Shown here: in pieces, positions 17,518-27,513 of the stretch
Position numbering within the stretch: position 1 is the first letter of the stretch
How the letters are laid out: every line of letters starts with the position of its first letter
Assembly: GCA_964574485.1 (NCBI GenBank)
Contig: CAZNNX010000004.1
Coordinates: forward strand, 1 to 43,258
Direction of reading: 5' to 3'
DNA length: 43,258 nt
Source: an uncultured Saprospiraceae bacterium
GTDB taxonomy: Bacteria; Bacteroidota; Bacteroidia; Chitinophagales; Saprospiraceae
Made by a program: the position numbers and the translations under genes
Notes under the pieces: model-generated
Database searches by the model: none
What the model was told of the DNA's origin: nothing
Seen by the model: the letters and a program-made list of their open reading frames with translations, nothing else

Positions 17518-20500
17518 TACCGTTAATCATTTCTAATTCACCGTTTTCGTTATTTCTTTTCAATCTACTTTTTGAATTTTTTGCTTCTTTGTACTTGTTT
17601 AATTTTGATTTGGCCTCATCTACAATTTCTGTATTGCCGGCATAATTTTTTAATAAACTCTCCAGTGTGCCTATAGCTGCATCCAACTTACCTTGTTCTG
17701 CATAGAGGTCAGCAATGAGAATGAAATTTTTAGCAAGCCAGTCATGATGATTCCCTAAAAGCTTATTGTTCTGAATCGCTACTTCCATAGATTTTTCATT
17801 ATTTCTTTGCAGGTATAATATCTGAGCAATTCTGTATCTGCCCTCAGAAGCACGAATATCATCTGGTATTAATTTGATCAGATCTTCGAAATATTTTTTT
17901 GATAAATCAAAGTTCTTAGATTGAAAATTAACTTTAGCCAGATAAAAACTTGCTTCTGCCTTTTGAGAACTTGTTATTTGGGTTTCCGACAGATATTTTT
18001 CTGCAAGAGGGCCTAGTTCAGTGTAATTATTAGTTTGGAATGCCGATTTCATAGCCAATTGTAGTGCTTCGGATTTGAAATCAGAATTTTGAGTTAAATT
18101 ATACAGTTGTTTATAATTCAAAAGGGCATCAGCATATTTTTTTTGAATATGATACTGTATCCGGGCAGCCAGTAAAAGCGAATTTTCAAGAATCAAGAAT
18201 GGCGCTGTAGGCTTACTGTTGATGATATAATCGAAGTCTTCAAGCGATTTTACATAATCTTTTAAATTATAATAGCAGATTCCTCTGTTATTTCTTGAGG
18301 CAATACTATTCATTCCATTGGCAAAACGATTAAGATACTTTGTGAAAGCCTCGGCAGACTCTTGCCATTTGTCTTCATCATAAATACGGGATGCTGTTTC
18401 GTAAAGTAATGAATCAGCTTCTACATCACTGAAATTATAACCTTGGATAGTGGAAACAAAGGCCATAAATCCGTCTGCATCTCCTGTTTCCACATAAATT
18501 TTGCGGATATAAGAAAGTGCATCTTTGGCTTCCTCACTTTGCAGGTTATTTTTTACTACAGATTTAAAATAATCCAGGGCTTCTCTTTCCTGATTCTTGG
18601 CATAACTAATTACGCCCAATTTGTAGAGTGATCTACTTATAAATTCACTACTTGGATACGAATTAATCAGTTTTTCGAATGTCTGTTTTGCTTCATTCAA
18701 TTCATTCATATTGATAAGCGTGCTTCCTTTCGCATATAGAGCATCGTCTGAAAATTGAGAATTAGGATATTTGCGAACCAATTGATCCGTAGTTTTGATT
18801 TGAAGATTGTTTTTATTTAAAATATTGTAAATCAAGCTTAATTGGTATAAGGCATAATCTTCATTACTGTTTGCAAAGCTGACAACCCTCTCATAGTAAT
18901 CTGAGGCTTTGTTGTAATTTTCTTTTGAATCTGATCCTAGATATAAAAAACAATCAGCTGTTCTGATGAGTGCATCCGGATATAAAACCTGCGTTATAAA
19001 GGGGTCGGAAATATTATCTATTTTATCTTCATAATATTTGATACACATTTCAAAATTTTGAGCGGCTTTACGGTGGTCATTCATTTTGAGAAAGGCATAA
19101 CCCATTCCATAATAGGCTGACCCCTTAGTGGAGTTGATGGGAAGTCTTTGCGTTGCTGTTGATGATAGAATAAATTTTTCATAGTCGTCAATGGACTCAT
19201 TGTATTTTTCAAGTCCATACATCGATTCGCCCTTCCAAAAATGAGATAGGGTAGTAGTTTCATTATGCACGGCAATTTTAAGAGATTCATCGAAGAGTTC
19301 TGAGGCACGGGTTAGATTTTGTTCATTAAATAGTTGTAAACCTCTCAAGTAGCAAACTTTTTGATAGGTTTCATTAAGGGAAGGTGTCCTTTGAGGCATT
19401 TTTCTCAAGATGTCCAGTGCCTTTTCATAATCTCTTGTATTCAGAAAAAGTTTACTTAATAAGTTTTGAGATTCATTATAATACTTCGTTGCGGCAGGTA
19501 TTTTCATAAAAGCACTGATAGCTTCATTGTCATGACCCGTTTCGTAAGAGAGTTTTGCAAAACTCATAAGGGCATCCAAAGCCATGTCTTTGTCAAAATT
19601 ATGGTTGGATGCTTTTTCGTAAGAAATCCGAGCCTCTTCCTTCTTATTCAATTGTAATAAAGAATTGGCTTGATAATATAGTGCGTGTTGACCCATCAAA
19701 CTATTCAAATCGTTGATTTGTTCAAAATTTTGAGCAGCCTTGTCAAATTTTTCAGCCTTATATTGCGTAAAAGCAAGCTGATAAAATACATCCTCTGTAA
19801 CTTTAGGAGTTTTCTCAACAAATTCTTCTATGTAGGGTAAGGCTTTTCTGAAGTTTTCAGTTTCATAGTAAGATTGTCCCACGGCCTGTACTAAACTTAA
19901 ACGCTCTCTTTGGCCGTTATTTTTCAAAAGTGGTTCTCCATAAGTGATTACCTCATTGTATTTTTTTTGATTGAAATATATCTGAACAATGTAGGTAGGG
20001 ACAACTTCATCGTATTTTTTACTTTTATCAATGCTTTTAAAATCTTCCAGTGCTGTTTTATAATCTTTTAAGAAATATGCGCTCAGTCCGTGGTAGTAGG
20101 TGGCAGCTTCCGTATCGCTGTCTTTTACGGTTTTGATCTGACCAAATAAATCTAAAGATTGACTGAATTGCTTTTTTACAAAATAGCAATAGGCAAGCTC
20201 AAATTTAGCTTTAGCAACTTCTTCATTTTTGAGGTCACCTAATCTCTTCCAGCTGATCTTGGAGTAAAACTGTATAGCTTTGTCATAATCTTTTTGAACA
20301 AAATAATAATGCCCAATTTCAATCCTTGCCTTTGAAACCAAGGTGCTGGGTTCAAATTTCTGAATGAAGTATAATAATTTAGACTCTGCATCCGGTTCAT
20401 TTCTTTTCAAGGCACACATCGCATCATAGTATGATGCCTGTTGGAAATACAAGGGAACTGCATTTGATTTATTGAGTAAATCTGCATTTGATTTCAGTAT

Positions 20501-20665
20501 TTTTTGAAATTCAGATTGAGCTTTGCCATACAATTTTAAATCGTATGACTGAAGGGCAGATTTAATGATTTCATTTGGATCTTCATAAGTCTTACTCAAA
20601 GGTTGAGCTGAGGTCCAAAGACTGATACAGGAAAGTAAGACGAATAAATAATAATTTCTTTTCAT
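17510..20665 (-). CDS. Large periplasmic tetratricopeptide-repeat protein
   Basis: Signal peptide followed by TPR motifs along the whole 1051 aa, including YbgF/BamD-type YPNS..DDALY repeats. Confidence 0.9.
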   Translation of the reverse strand: MKRNYYLFVLLSCISLWTSAQPLSKTYEDPNEIIKSALQSYDLKLYGKAQSEFQKILKSNADLLNKSNAVPLYFQQASYYDAMCALKRNEPDAESKLLYFIQKFEPSTLVSKARIEIGHYYFVQKDYDKAIQFYSKISWKRLGDLKNEEVAKAKFELAYCYFVKKQFSQSLDLFGQIKTVKDSDTEAATYYHGLSAYFLKDYKTALEDFKSIDKSKKYDEVVPTYIVQIYFNQKKYNEVITYGEPLLKNNGQRERLSLVQAVGQSYYETENFRKALPYIEEFVEKTPKVTEDVFYQLAFTQYKAEKFDKAAQNFEQINDLNSLMGQHALYYQANSLLQLNKKEEARISYEKASNHNFDKDMALDALMSFAKLSYETGHDNEAISAFMKIPAATKYYNESQNLLSKLFLNTRDYEKALDILRKMPQRTPSLNETYQKVCYLRGLQLFNEQNLTRASELFDESLKIAVHNETTTLSHFWKGESMYGLEKYNESIDDYEKFILSSTATQRLPINSTKGSAYYGMGYAFLKMNDHRKAAQNFEMCIKYYEDKIDNISDPFITQVLYPDALIRTADCFLYLGSDSKENYNKASDYYERVVSFANSNEDYALYQLSLIYNILNKNNLQIKTTDQLVRKYPNSQFSDDALYAKGSTLINMNELNEAKQTFEKLINSYPSSEFISRSLYKLGVISYAKNQEREALDYFKSVVKNNLQSEEAKDALSYIRKIYVETGDADGFMAFVSTIQGYNFSDVEADSLLYETASRIYDEDKWQESAEAFTKYLNRFANGMNSIASRNNRGICYYNLKDYVKSLEDFDYIINSKPTAPFLILENSLLLAARIQYHIQKKYADALLNYKQLYNLTQNSDFKSEALQLAMKSAFQTNNYTELGPLAEKYLSETQITSSQKAEASFYLAKVNFQSKNFDLSKKYFEDLIKLIPDDIRASEGRYRIAQILYLQRNNEKSMEVAIQNNKLLGNHHDWLAKNFILIADLYAEQGKLDAAIGTLESLLKNYAGNTEIVDEAKSKLNKYKEAKNSKSRLKRNNENGELEMINGND

Positions 20666-20705
20666 ATCTTGAATAATAAATTCTTTATAAAATTTTAAAA
20701 ATCTT

Positions 20706-21551
20706 ATGCAATTACAATATTCAATCTATGTAGGTCGATGTCTGAATGTAAGCTATCTTACATCATTTTTTATATACTTCAGTCTATTACTTCAAGTTCA
20801 ATATTTGAAAGGACAGTGGTCAGAGGCTTTGCCCTATGCACATGCCCATAATGATTACGCGAAATGTTTCAGAAGACCTGCTTTCAGAGCGATATCTTAT
20901 GGTTGTACAAGTATTGAAATTGACATTTTTCACTACAAAGATAAGTTAAAAATTGCACATGTTCCACTTTTTTTATCGTTAAGAAAAGAATTTGAATCGA
21001 CCTATTTAAAACCTTTACATGATTATTATCAAACGAAAGGGCAATTTTTTCAGTCAAAGGATCAAAAATTAATTTTAATGCTGGATTTTAAACGCTCAGC
21101 CGAATCCATTTATTATCTTCTAAGACCAGTTTTAGATAAATACAAGGGTATTTTAAGTTATTATGATCAAGGTAATTGGATTGATGGACCCATTCAAATT
21201 TTAATCTCAGGAGCAAAACCATACCAGGAAGTTTTTGCTGATTCAATACAAATTATGTTTTTAGATGGTAATCCATCTGATTTGGATAAAGAAGGGTTTT
21301 CCTCTACAATTTTTCCAAGAATCAGTTGTTCTTATCGCTCTTTAGTTAGTGGTAAATTGGATGACGAAGAGATGTTAGCTATAAAACAATTGTCTCAAAA
21401 GGTTCACGATAAGGGGTCCAGTCTGAGATTTTGGGCTGTGCCCAATCGTATAAATCTTTGGAAAAAATTGCGGGAACTGGGAGTAGATTGGTTGCAGGTG
21501 GATCAATTGGACAAGCTCAAAAAGTTTAAAAAAATAAAATCCAGTGAATAG
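20706..21551 (+). CDS. PI-PLC/GDPD-like phosphodiesterase (AIM6-like)
   Basis: HAHNDY, G.TSIEIDI, LMLDFK, LRFWAVP, LGVDWLQVD; start codon uncertain. Confidence 0.8.
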   Translation: MQLQYSIYVGRCLNVSYLTSFFIYFSLLLQVQYLKGQWSEALPYAHAHNDYAKCFRRPAFRAISYGCTSIEIDIFHYKDKLKIAHVPLFLSLRKEFESTYLKPLHDYYQTKGQFFQSKDQKLILMLDFKRSAESIYYLLRPVLDKYKGILSYYDQGNWIDGPIQILISGAKPYQEVFADSIQIMFLDGNPSDLDKEGFSSTIFPRISCSYRSLVSGKLDDEEMLAIKQLSQKVHDKGSSLRFWAVPNRINLWKKLRELGVDWLQVDQLDKLKKFKKIKSSE

Positions 21552-22377
21552 AAATGAGCATATAAATTTTCAACCATTTACTTAATTCTGATAAGTCCTC
21601 TTTTGAATTGTATTTATAAATTTTACTTAATAAAACCATATTTACAGGAATTATTAAAAATAAGCTGTACAAGTTGAGCCAAATATAAGGACTTCTGTAC
21701 CAACCCAGCAGATAAAGCGTGAAGGCAAAAGAAAGTAGGGAATAGAATAGCCTTTTCAATGATTTGACAGGTAGTATAGTGGCCAAGGTATTGATTTTAT
21801 TTATTTTATCACCTCTTAAGTCTTCTCTGTCCTTTACAATTTCTCTCATTAAATTGATTAAAAATGCCTGCGATACGTATAGGAGCAGGTCAAATCCCAA
21901 GGGCTGTTGATAAAGTATATAAGGTTGTATCAGTGCTGTTGAAATCAAAAAGCTAACTAAAAAATTTCCCCAAAAAATAGTTTTTTTTAAGAGGTAAGAG
22001 TAGAGCCATAAGCTAAAAATGCTAAACAATTGAACCCCTACTATCAAAGGATTAGGCAGAAAATATAAGAGAATTAAAGATAGAATTGTAAGTATCAGGT
22101 AAAACAGAATTGCTTCTCTGGGGCTGATGAATGTTCCGATCCAAAGTTTTTCAGGCTTGTTGATCAGATCTGTTTTGTAGTCATAAATATCATTGATGAT
22201 ATAACCGGAGGCAGTGATTAAAACTGTGGATAAGGTCAGAATAATAAATGAACCTGAATATATTAAACTGCTATGAATATGTATCGTGACATAGCTTAAT
22301 GATAGAAAAATCAATACCAAATTGGGCCATCTTAGCAAGGCAGGTATTACCCTCCACCGGTGTATTTTGTTTGTCAT
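21526..22377 (-). CDS. UbiA-family prenyltransferase (DGGGP synthase-like)
   Basis: RWPNL, GYIINDIYDYKTDLINKP, REIVKDREDLRGD; multiple TM helices. Confidence 0.9.
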   Translation of the reverse strand: MTNKIHRWRVIPALLRWPNLVLIFLSLSYVTIHIHSSLIYSGSFIILTLSTVLITASGYIINDIYDYKTDLINKPEKLWIGTFISPREAILFYLILTILSLILLYFLPNPLIVGVQLFSIFSLWLYSYLLKKTIFWGNFLVSFLISTALIQPYILYQQPLGFDLLLYVSQAFLINLMREIVKDREDLRGDKINKINTLATILPVKSLKRLFYSLLSFAFTLYLLGWYRSPYIWLNLYSLFLIIPVNMVLLSKIYKYNSKEDLSELSKWLKIYMLISIHWILFF

Positions 22378-22895
22378 TGGTTTTTATTCGGTTGAAACCA
22401 ATTGTTTTGCACACGTAAGACTTTCTCAATAATATCTCTGACGCAACCCTTTCCTCCTTCATGGTTGGATACATAGGCTGCCAGTTCTCTTATTTCAACT
22501 ACGGCATCTTTGGGGCAGCAGGGTAAATGAACAAGTCTCATACAAGGATAGTCAGGAAGATCATCACCCATATAAACCGATTTTGATAAATCAAGACTTT
22601 GATTTTTAACTAATTGTGTAAGGACGGGCACCTTATCTTGAGCATCCATAAAGATGTGATGTTCGGGTATTCCTAAACTATGAAGTCTTTTGAACAGAGA
22701 AATTGATTTTCCTCCGGTGATAATAAATATTTTGTACCCTTTGTCTAGGGCAAAACGAAGGGCATAACCATCTTTGGTATTCATTTTTCTAAATAGGTCC
22801 CCATCCTCATTGATGAGAACAAAACCATCTGTCATTACTCCGTCAACATCAAAAATAAAGGTGTCAATGTCTGCTAGTTTGTCTAGAAAATTCAT
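22374..22895 (-). CDS. kdsC: KDO 8-phosphate phosphatase (HAD family)
   Basis: FDVDGVMTDG, KDGYA, IITGG, YMGDDLPD, GGKGCVRD. Confidence 0.93.
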   Translation of the reverse strand: MNFLDKLADIDTFIFDVDGVMTDGFVLINEDGDLFRKMNTKDGYALRFALDKGYKIFIITGGKSISLFKRLHSLGIPEHHIFMDAQDKVPVLTQLVKNQSLDLSKSVYMGDDLPDYPCMRLVHLPCCPKDAVVEIRELAAYVSNHEGGKGCVRDIIEKVLRVQNNWFQPNKNQ

Positions 22896-24235
22896 AAAAA
22901 TAATTTTTCAATGATTGGATGTAATAAGAAAAAAGATATTACTCCTGTTAAAAAACCCAATAAGGCCAGCCAGCTTACTTTTTTTAGGTACCACATGAAA
23001 TCAATTTTTTCCATACCCATGGCCGCAACACCAGCCGCTGAACCTATGATTAACATGGATCCACCTGTTCCGGAAGTAAACGCGAGCAAATGCCAAACTT
23101 TTGAATCTGTTATAAAATCTTCAGTAGAGTACATTCCCATTGATGCTGCAACCAAGGGAACATTATCGATGATGGCAGATCCAAATCCCAATAATATCAT
23201 GATGAGTTCTGTACCATGTACCGATGGAATTATTTCTTGATTGTATGGGAAAAAATGATTGAGTTGATTTGCTGCACTTTGTAATATTCCTAAAGATTCC
23301 AGTGAACTTACGGCAAGTAAAATTCCTAAAAAAAACAAAATACTGGAGCTGTCTATTCGAGACAGAGCTTCTTTGGGCAATGCCGAGTTATGTTTTTTAA
23401 TATTTTCATCAGGATGTATAAATTCAGATACGATCCATAAAAAAGATAGTGATAACAACATTCCTAAATAGGGTGGAAGATGTGTTATTGTTTTAAAAAC
23501 TGGCACAAAAATCAAGGCTATAATACCCAAAATAAATATCAATTGACTTCCTTTTGAACTTACAGATTGAGCTTTGTTTTGTTCCAAATTCTCCGGGATC
23601 TGTCCTCTCATGCTTTTATATCTACTCAAAATAAAAACAGGTAATAGCATAGACAAAACAGAGGGAAGTATCAAATAAAGTATAAGCGGAACAGTGGATA
23701 CCCTTTTACCTATCCACAACATTGTTGTGGTGACATCTCCTATGGGTGACCAAGCACCACCTGCATTGGCTGCAATTATAACGGCAGATGCATAATACCA
23801 TCTGGTTTTAGATTCGGGTAACAATTTTTTTATCAGAGAAACCATCACTATAGTTGTGGTAAGGTTGTCTAGCAATGCAGAAAAAAGAAATGAGAGAATC
23901 GCAATAATCCAAAGGAGACTGGTTTTGTTTTTTGTTGTGATTCTTTTTGTTACAAAGGAAAATCCATCATGTAAATCTATAATTTCAACAATCGTCATTG
24001 CGGCGAATAAAAACAAAATAATTTCAGAGATCTTTCCAATGTGATGAAGTAAGGTAGGCTCCAAAAGCGCTGTATGTCCTTCCTCGTTCAGTACAGGCAG
24101 ATGGCCCAGTGAAATCAAGCTCCAGCAGATTACTCCCATGAGTAAGGCAGGTACAGTTTTGTCTAATTTTAGAGGATGTTCAAACACTATTGCCAGGTAA
24201 CCAATAATGAAAATTAAAATAATAGTGAAAGTCAT
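22892..24235 (-). CDS. nhaD: Na+/H+ antiporter NhaD
   Basis: SALLDNLTTTIVM, AANAGGAWSPIGDVTTTMLW, SAIIDNVPLVAA, GTGGSMLIIGSAAGVA. Confidence 0.95.
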   Translation of the reverse strand: MTFTIILIFIIGYLAIVFEHPLKLDKTVPALLMGVICWSLISLGHLPVLNEEGHTALLEPTLLHHIGKISEIILFLFAAMTIVEIIDLHDGFSFVTKRITTKNKTSLLWIIAILSFLFSALLDNLTTTIVMVSLIKKLLPESKTRWYYASAVIIAANAGGAWSPIGDVTTTMLWIGKRVSTVPLILYLILPSVLSMLLPVFILSRYKSMRGQIPENLEQNKAQSVSSKGSQLIFILGIIALIFVPVFKTITHLPPYLGMLLSLSFLWIVSEFIHPDENIKKHNSALPKEALSRIDSSSILFFLGILLAVSSLESLGILQSAANQLNHFFPYNQEIIPSVHGTELIMILLGFGSAIIDNVPLVAASMGMYSTEDFITDSKVWHLLAFTSGTGGSMLIIGSAAGVAAMGMEKIDFMWYLKKVSWLALLGFLTGVISFFLLHPIIEKLFL

Positions 24236-24250
24236 TTTATTAAATTCTGA

Positions 24251-24799
24251 TTAATTATTTTTTTCTAATCTCAATATTAATGTTCCAATTTTTTGATCTG
24301 CTGAAAATATGGAATAAACACAGAATAATTGGTCCTTCTTCACGCTGAGTGAAAGTTGTTCACTGTTGACCAGGTCATTATCCAAAATCTTATCAATGGG
24401 TTGTCCCTCGTTTTTCTTATTCGTTGAGACTTTTATCGTAGAACTATTGGCATCAACATAGATGGCTTCCATGATTAAATCCTGATTTTTTATCAAATCC
24501 AAAAGTTTAACATTGATTTCATCCATTTGGTTATGGATCGCAGCATTTTGTATTGACCAACCCAATGATTTGGTGAGTAATAAATAGGTTTCCTTTTGTT
24601 TAGAGAAATAAGTGTTTCTCTTGTTATCAGCGTCTAATTTCCACTGAATGAGGCAGTAGGAATTGGAACATATTAAAATAAATAAAAACAGATACCAAAT
24701 TTTGAATTTCTGCCAATGTGACTGAGCTATTGACTCATTATTTTTAATTTCTGAAGGATTTTGTTCTTTTTCAGTGTTGGGATTTACTTCTTGAGACAT
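24251..24799 (-). CDS. Hypothetical single-pass membrane protein
   Basis: ATG 24799 (MSQEVNP) lies 5 bp after the GH1 stop; one hydrophobic segment (IWYLFLFILICSNSYCLI) precedes an alpha/beta domain. Confidence 0.7.
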   Translation of the reverse strand: MSQEVNPNTEKEQNPSEIKNNESIAQSHWQKFKIWYLFLFILICSNSYCLIQWKLDADNKRNTYFSKQKETYLLLTKSLGWSIQNAAIHNQMDEINVKLLDLIKNQDLIMEAIYVDANSSTIKVSTNKKNEGQPIDKILDNDLVNSEQLSLSVKKDQLFCVYSIFSADQKIGTLILRLEKNN

Positions 24800-24804
24800 A
24801 TTAT

Positions 24805-26238
24805 TTATTTTTTGAGAAATTGTGAAAACCATTTGCCCGAGTCCTTGATTCGTCTTTCCTGAGTTGTATAATCAACGTGTACGAGTCCAAATCTGGGTTT
24901 GTAACCCTCTGCCCATTCAAAATTGTCCATAAAGGTCCATACAAAGTAGCCTCTTATATTGACACCTTCCTTTTTGGCTTTTAATATATGGTTTAAATAA
25001 TCTTTAAAAAATTGAATTCTCCGGTAATCATGTATGGATTGGTCATTTTGAACTTCATCAGGAAAAGCGGACCCATTTTCAGTTACAATTATCGGAGGAA
25101 TATTTTTGTAATTTGAAAACTGTTTGATGATCTCGTAAATCCCTTGGGGATATACTTCCCAACCCATATCTGTAATTTCATTTTTAGGAACAGATCTTTT
25201 TTCCGGTTTTACCTGATTGGCAGCCAGGAAAGGTATAAATGCAGCAGATTTTGTAACTACTCTCGTATAATTTTGAATGCCGATAAAATCAAACTGAAAG
25301 GGTAGTTTTTCCATATCTCCTTCTTTTACATATTTGTAAATCCCTTTTAAAAAAGGGAATCCCTCCGTGGGATAACCTAGTCCGAGTGCAGGTTCAATAT
25401 AGAGGCGATTTAGTAAAATATCCATTCTGTGTGCAGCAGATTTATGAATTTTAGTTTCCTTTACCGGCATAACCTTAGAGCAGGAAAAAGTAGTGCCAAT
25501 TTGCGCATTGGGGTGGTTTTGTCTCAGTATTCTGGCTGCATGAGATTGAACCATTGAGGTGTGGTGCGCAGATTTCAAAAAAAGATTAGGGGCTATTTTA
25601 CCGGGGGCATGCATTCCAATCAGGTAGCCCAAGGCGGTAAAAGCCATGGGTTCATTGAGTACCATCCAGTTTTTCACTCTGTCGCCCAATGTTTTGCTCA
25701 TTAGCTCAGTGTATTCAGCGAACCAGGAGATTATATCACGATTGGCCCAACCTCCTTTTTTTTCTAGCGCCAGTGGTAAATCCCAATGATATAGTGTAAG
25801 CCAAGGTTCTAAATTATTCTCCAAACATGTATCCACAACCTTATTATAAAAATCCAAACCTTTATTGTTTACCTTTCCTGTTCCTTCTGGCAAGACACGG
25901 CTCCAGGCACTTGAAAATCTAAAAACATCAAATCCCATGGAGGAAATGAGTGGAATATCCGTTTGAAATTTGTTGTAAAAATCACAGGCAACATTACCAT
26001 TTTCTTTTGTTTTTATTTTTCCAGGTCTTTTTTGAGTGAAATGATCCCAAATAGATGGACCCTTACCATCAGCATCCCAAGCCCCTTCAATCTGATAGGC
26101 GGCAGCTGCAACGCCCCATTTAAAATCCTGGCCAAAGTCCGATTTTTGAAAAGGATTATTAGTTTGATTCTTGAGCAGAATGGCTCCTGCAGCCAACCCA
26201 TTCCATTTGAGAAAAGACCTGCGATTCATATTTTGCAT
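24805..26238 (-). CDS. GH1 beta-glucosidase with twin-arginine signal
   Basis: FKWGVAAAAYQIEG, TLYHWDLP, acid/base NEP, nucleophile TENG, DNFEWAEG; N-terminal NRRSFLK. Confidence 0.95.
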   Translation of the reverse strand: MQNMNRRSFLKWNGLAAGAILLKNQTNNPFQKSDFGQDFKWGVAAAAYQIEGAWDADGKGPSIWDHFTQKRPGKIKTKENGNVACDFYNKFQTDIPLISSMGFDVFRFSSAWSRVLPEGTGKVNNKGLDFYNKVVDTCLENNLEPWLTLYHWDLPLALEKKGGWANRDIISWFAEYTELMSKTLGDRVKNWMVLNEPMAFTALGYLIGMHAPGKIAPNLFLKSAHHTSMVQSHAARILRQNHPNAQIGTTFSCSKVMPVKETKIHKSAAHRMDILLNRLYIEPALGLGYPTEGFPFLKGIYKYVKEGDMEKLPFQFDFIGIQNYTRVVTKSAAFIPFLAANQVKPEKRSVPKNEITDMGWEVYPQGIYEIIKQFSNYKNIPPIIVTENGSAFPDEVQNDQSIHDYRRIQFFKDYLNHILKAKKEGVNIRGYFVWTFMDNFEWAEGYKPRFGLVHVDYTTQERRIKDSGKWFSQFLKK

Positions 26239-27024
26239 TTATTTTTTTAATTGAATGATAAAAAAACCATCGTTTCCTTTCTTTTGGTACAAAGGCATGA
26301 GGATAAATCCTTGACAAGGAGCAAAAATCTTTCCATGTATATCATCAGCCAAATACTCGTCTTTTTGAATAGGATCGAAATTTTTATACACTTTATCCTG
26401 TCTCATTAGGAATTGATCACCCGATTGAATGGAATGTCTGTATACAAGTTTTGCCTCTTTAGGCAGGGTAAAGGAATTATCCTCCAGGAGTAGTTTATGT
26501 TTATCTTCTATATCTTCTTGAAGAAATCCTCCCAGAGCAGAAAAGAATTGGATGATCATTGAACAGGCTAGCTCTGAAGAATTGGGGTCGTCATGTTGAC
26601 CCGATTCAAAACATAAGGTGTGTAGCTTTACATGTTGGTATGCGTTTCCATTAAAATAATGTAGCAATGTGCCATTTAATTCATTTAAAAAACCATGGAT
26701 CAAAGGAGCGTTGAGTTGTTTTGCTATCTCTATGGATGATTCATTTTCAGCTGGGATTAAAAAGATTCGATCTGGGATAAACATTCTGTTAAGGTCTTCA
26801 TCAATAAATCTTAACTTCTGCCGGGTTGCATTCAGGTTTCCTACCAGACCTACTATTCTTCCAGACATATAAAAACCGGGATTTTGGTCCAATTCATCTT
26901 CAAGTTTCTTGAAGAATTTATGCATGGCAATAATACCTGCATGTTCATTTCCATGAATTGATCCAATGATAATCAGCAAAGGACCTTTTTCCTTTCCATT
27001 AATTTGGTGTAAGATGCGATTCAT
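26239..27024 (-). CDS. Succinylglutamate desuccinylase/aspartoacylase (M14-like) family protein, apparently with an internal in-frame deletion
   Basis: IHGNE, RFIDEDLNR, FESGQH and C-terminal ILMPLYQKKGNDGFF are present; no DLH motif follows DLNR. Confidence 0.8.
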   Translation of the reverse strand: MNRILHQINGKEKGPLLIIIGSIHGNEHAGIIAMHKFFKKLEDELDQNPGFYMSGRIVGLVGNLNATRQKLRFIDEDLNRMFIPDRIFLIPAENESSIEIAKQLNAPLIHGFLNELNGTLLHYFNGNAYQHVKLHTLCFESGQHDDPNSSELACSMIIQFFSALGGFLQEDIEDKHKLLLEDNSFTLPKEAKLVYRHSIQSGDQFLMRQDKVYKNFDPIQKDEYLADDIHGKIFAPCQGFILMPLYQKKGNDGFFIIQLKK

Positions 27025-27028
27025 CAGA

Positions 27029-27478
27029 CTATCCTTTATAGTATGTTACATCTGTCATGATATACATCAATCTGAGGGGATCTGTTCTGTTTAATTTAAG
27101 TTTTCCTTGTAAAGTTATTGGTTTATCCAAACGATATATCAAGGGTCCGTTTGTGACCAATTCAATAACTGATTCCGGACCTGCGCCACCACAAAAGAAG
27201 CAGGAAGAGTAGGGAAAAGCAGATAGGGTCATTTTGCCTTTACTCATCTCAGCTGGTATAACATAACCTTTTAGAAAGATGGTTTTACCTTCAAAGGCTT
27301 CTATGGATTTATTGAAGATCGGCGTGTAAATAATTTCTCCGCTTTCAGCATCCAGGTTCGATTTATATTTTACTTTGCTCAAAATTTTCCAATAATACAT
27401 ATCGTCGGTTTCAGGTGTACTTTGTGCTAGTAAAATGAAAGGACTGAGCAATAGTGACAAAATGGTGAAAAACTTCAT
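27029..27478 (-). CDS. DUF3299-like exported protein
   Basis: Signal peptide; LKGYVIP, LSAFPYSSCFFCGGAGPESVIEL, LQGKLKLN. Confidence 0.8.
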   Translation of the reverse strand: MKFFTILSLLLSPFILLAQSTPETDDMYYWKILSKVKYKSNLDAESGEIIYTPIFNKSIEAFEGKTIFLKGYVIPAEMSKGKMTLSAFPYSSCFFCGGAGPESVIELVTNGPLIYRLDKPITLQGKLKLNRTDPLRLMYIMTDVTYYKG

Positions 27479-27513
27479 AGCAATTTATTTAGGATGTAAA
27501 GTTAGTAATAATG

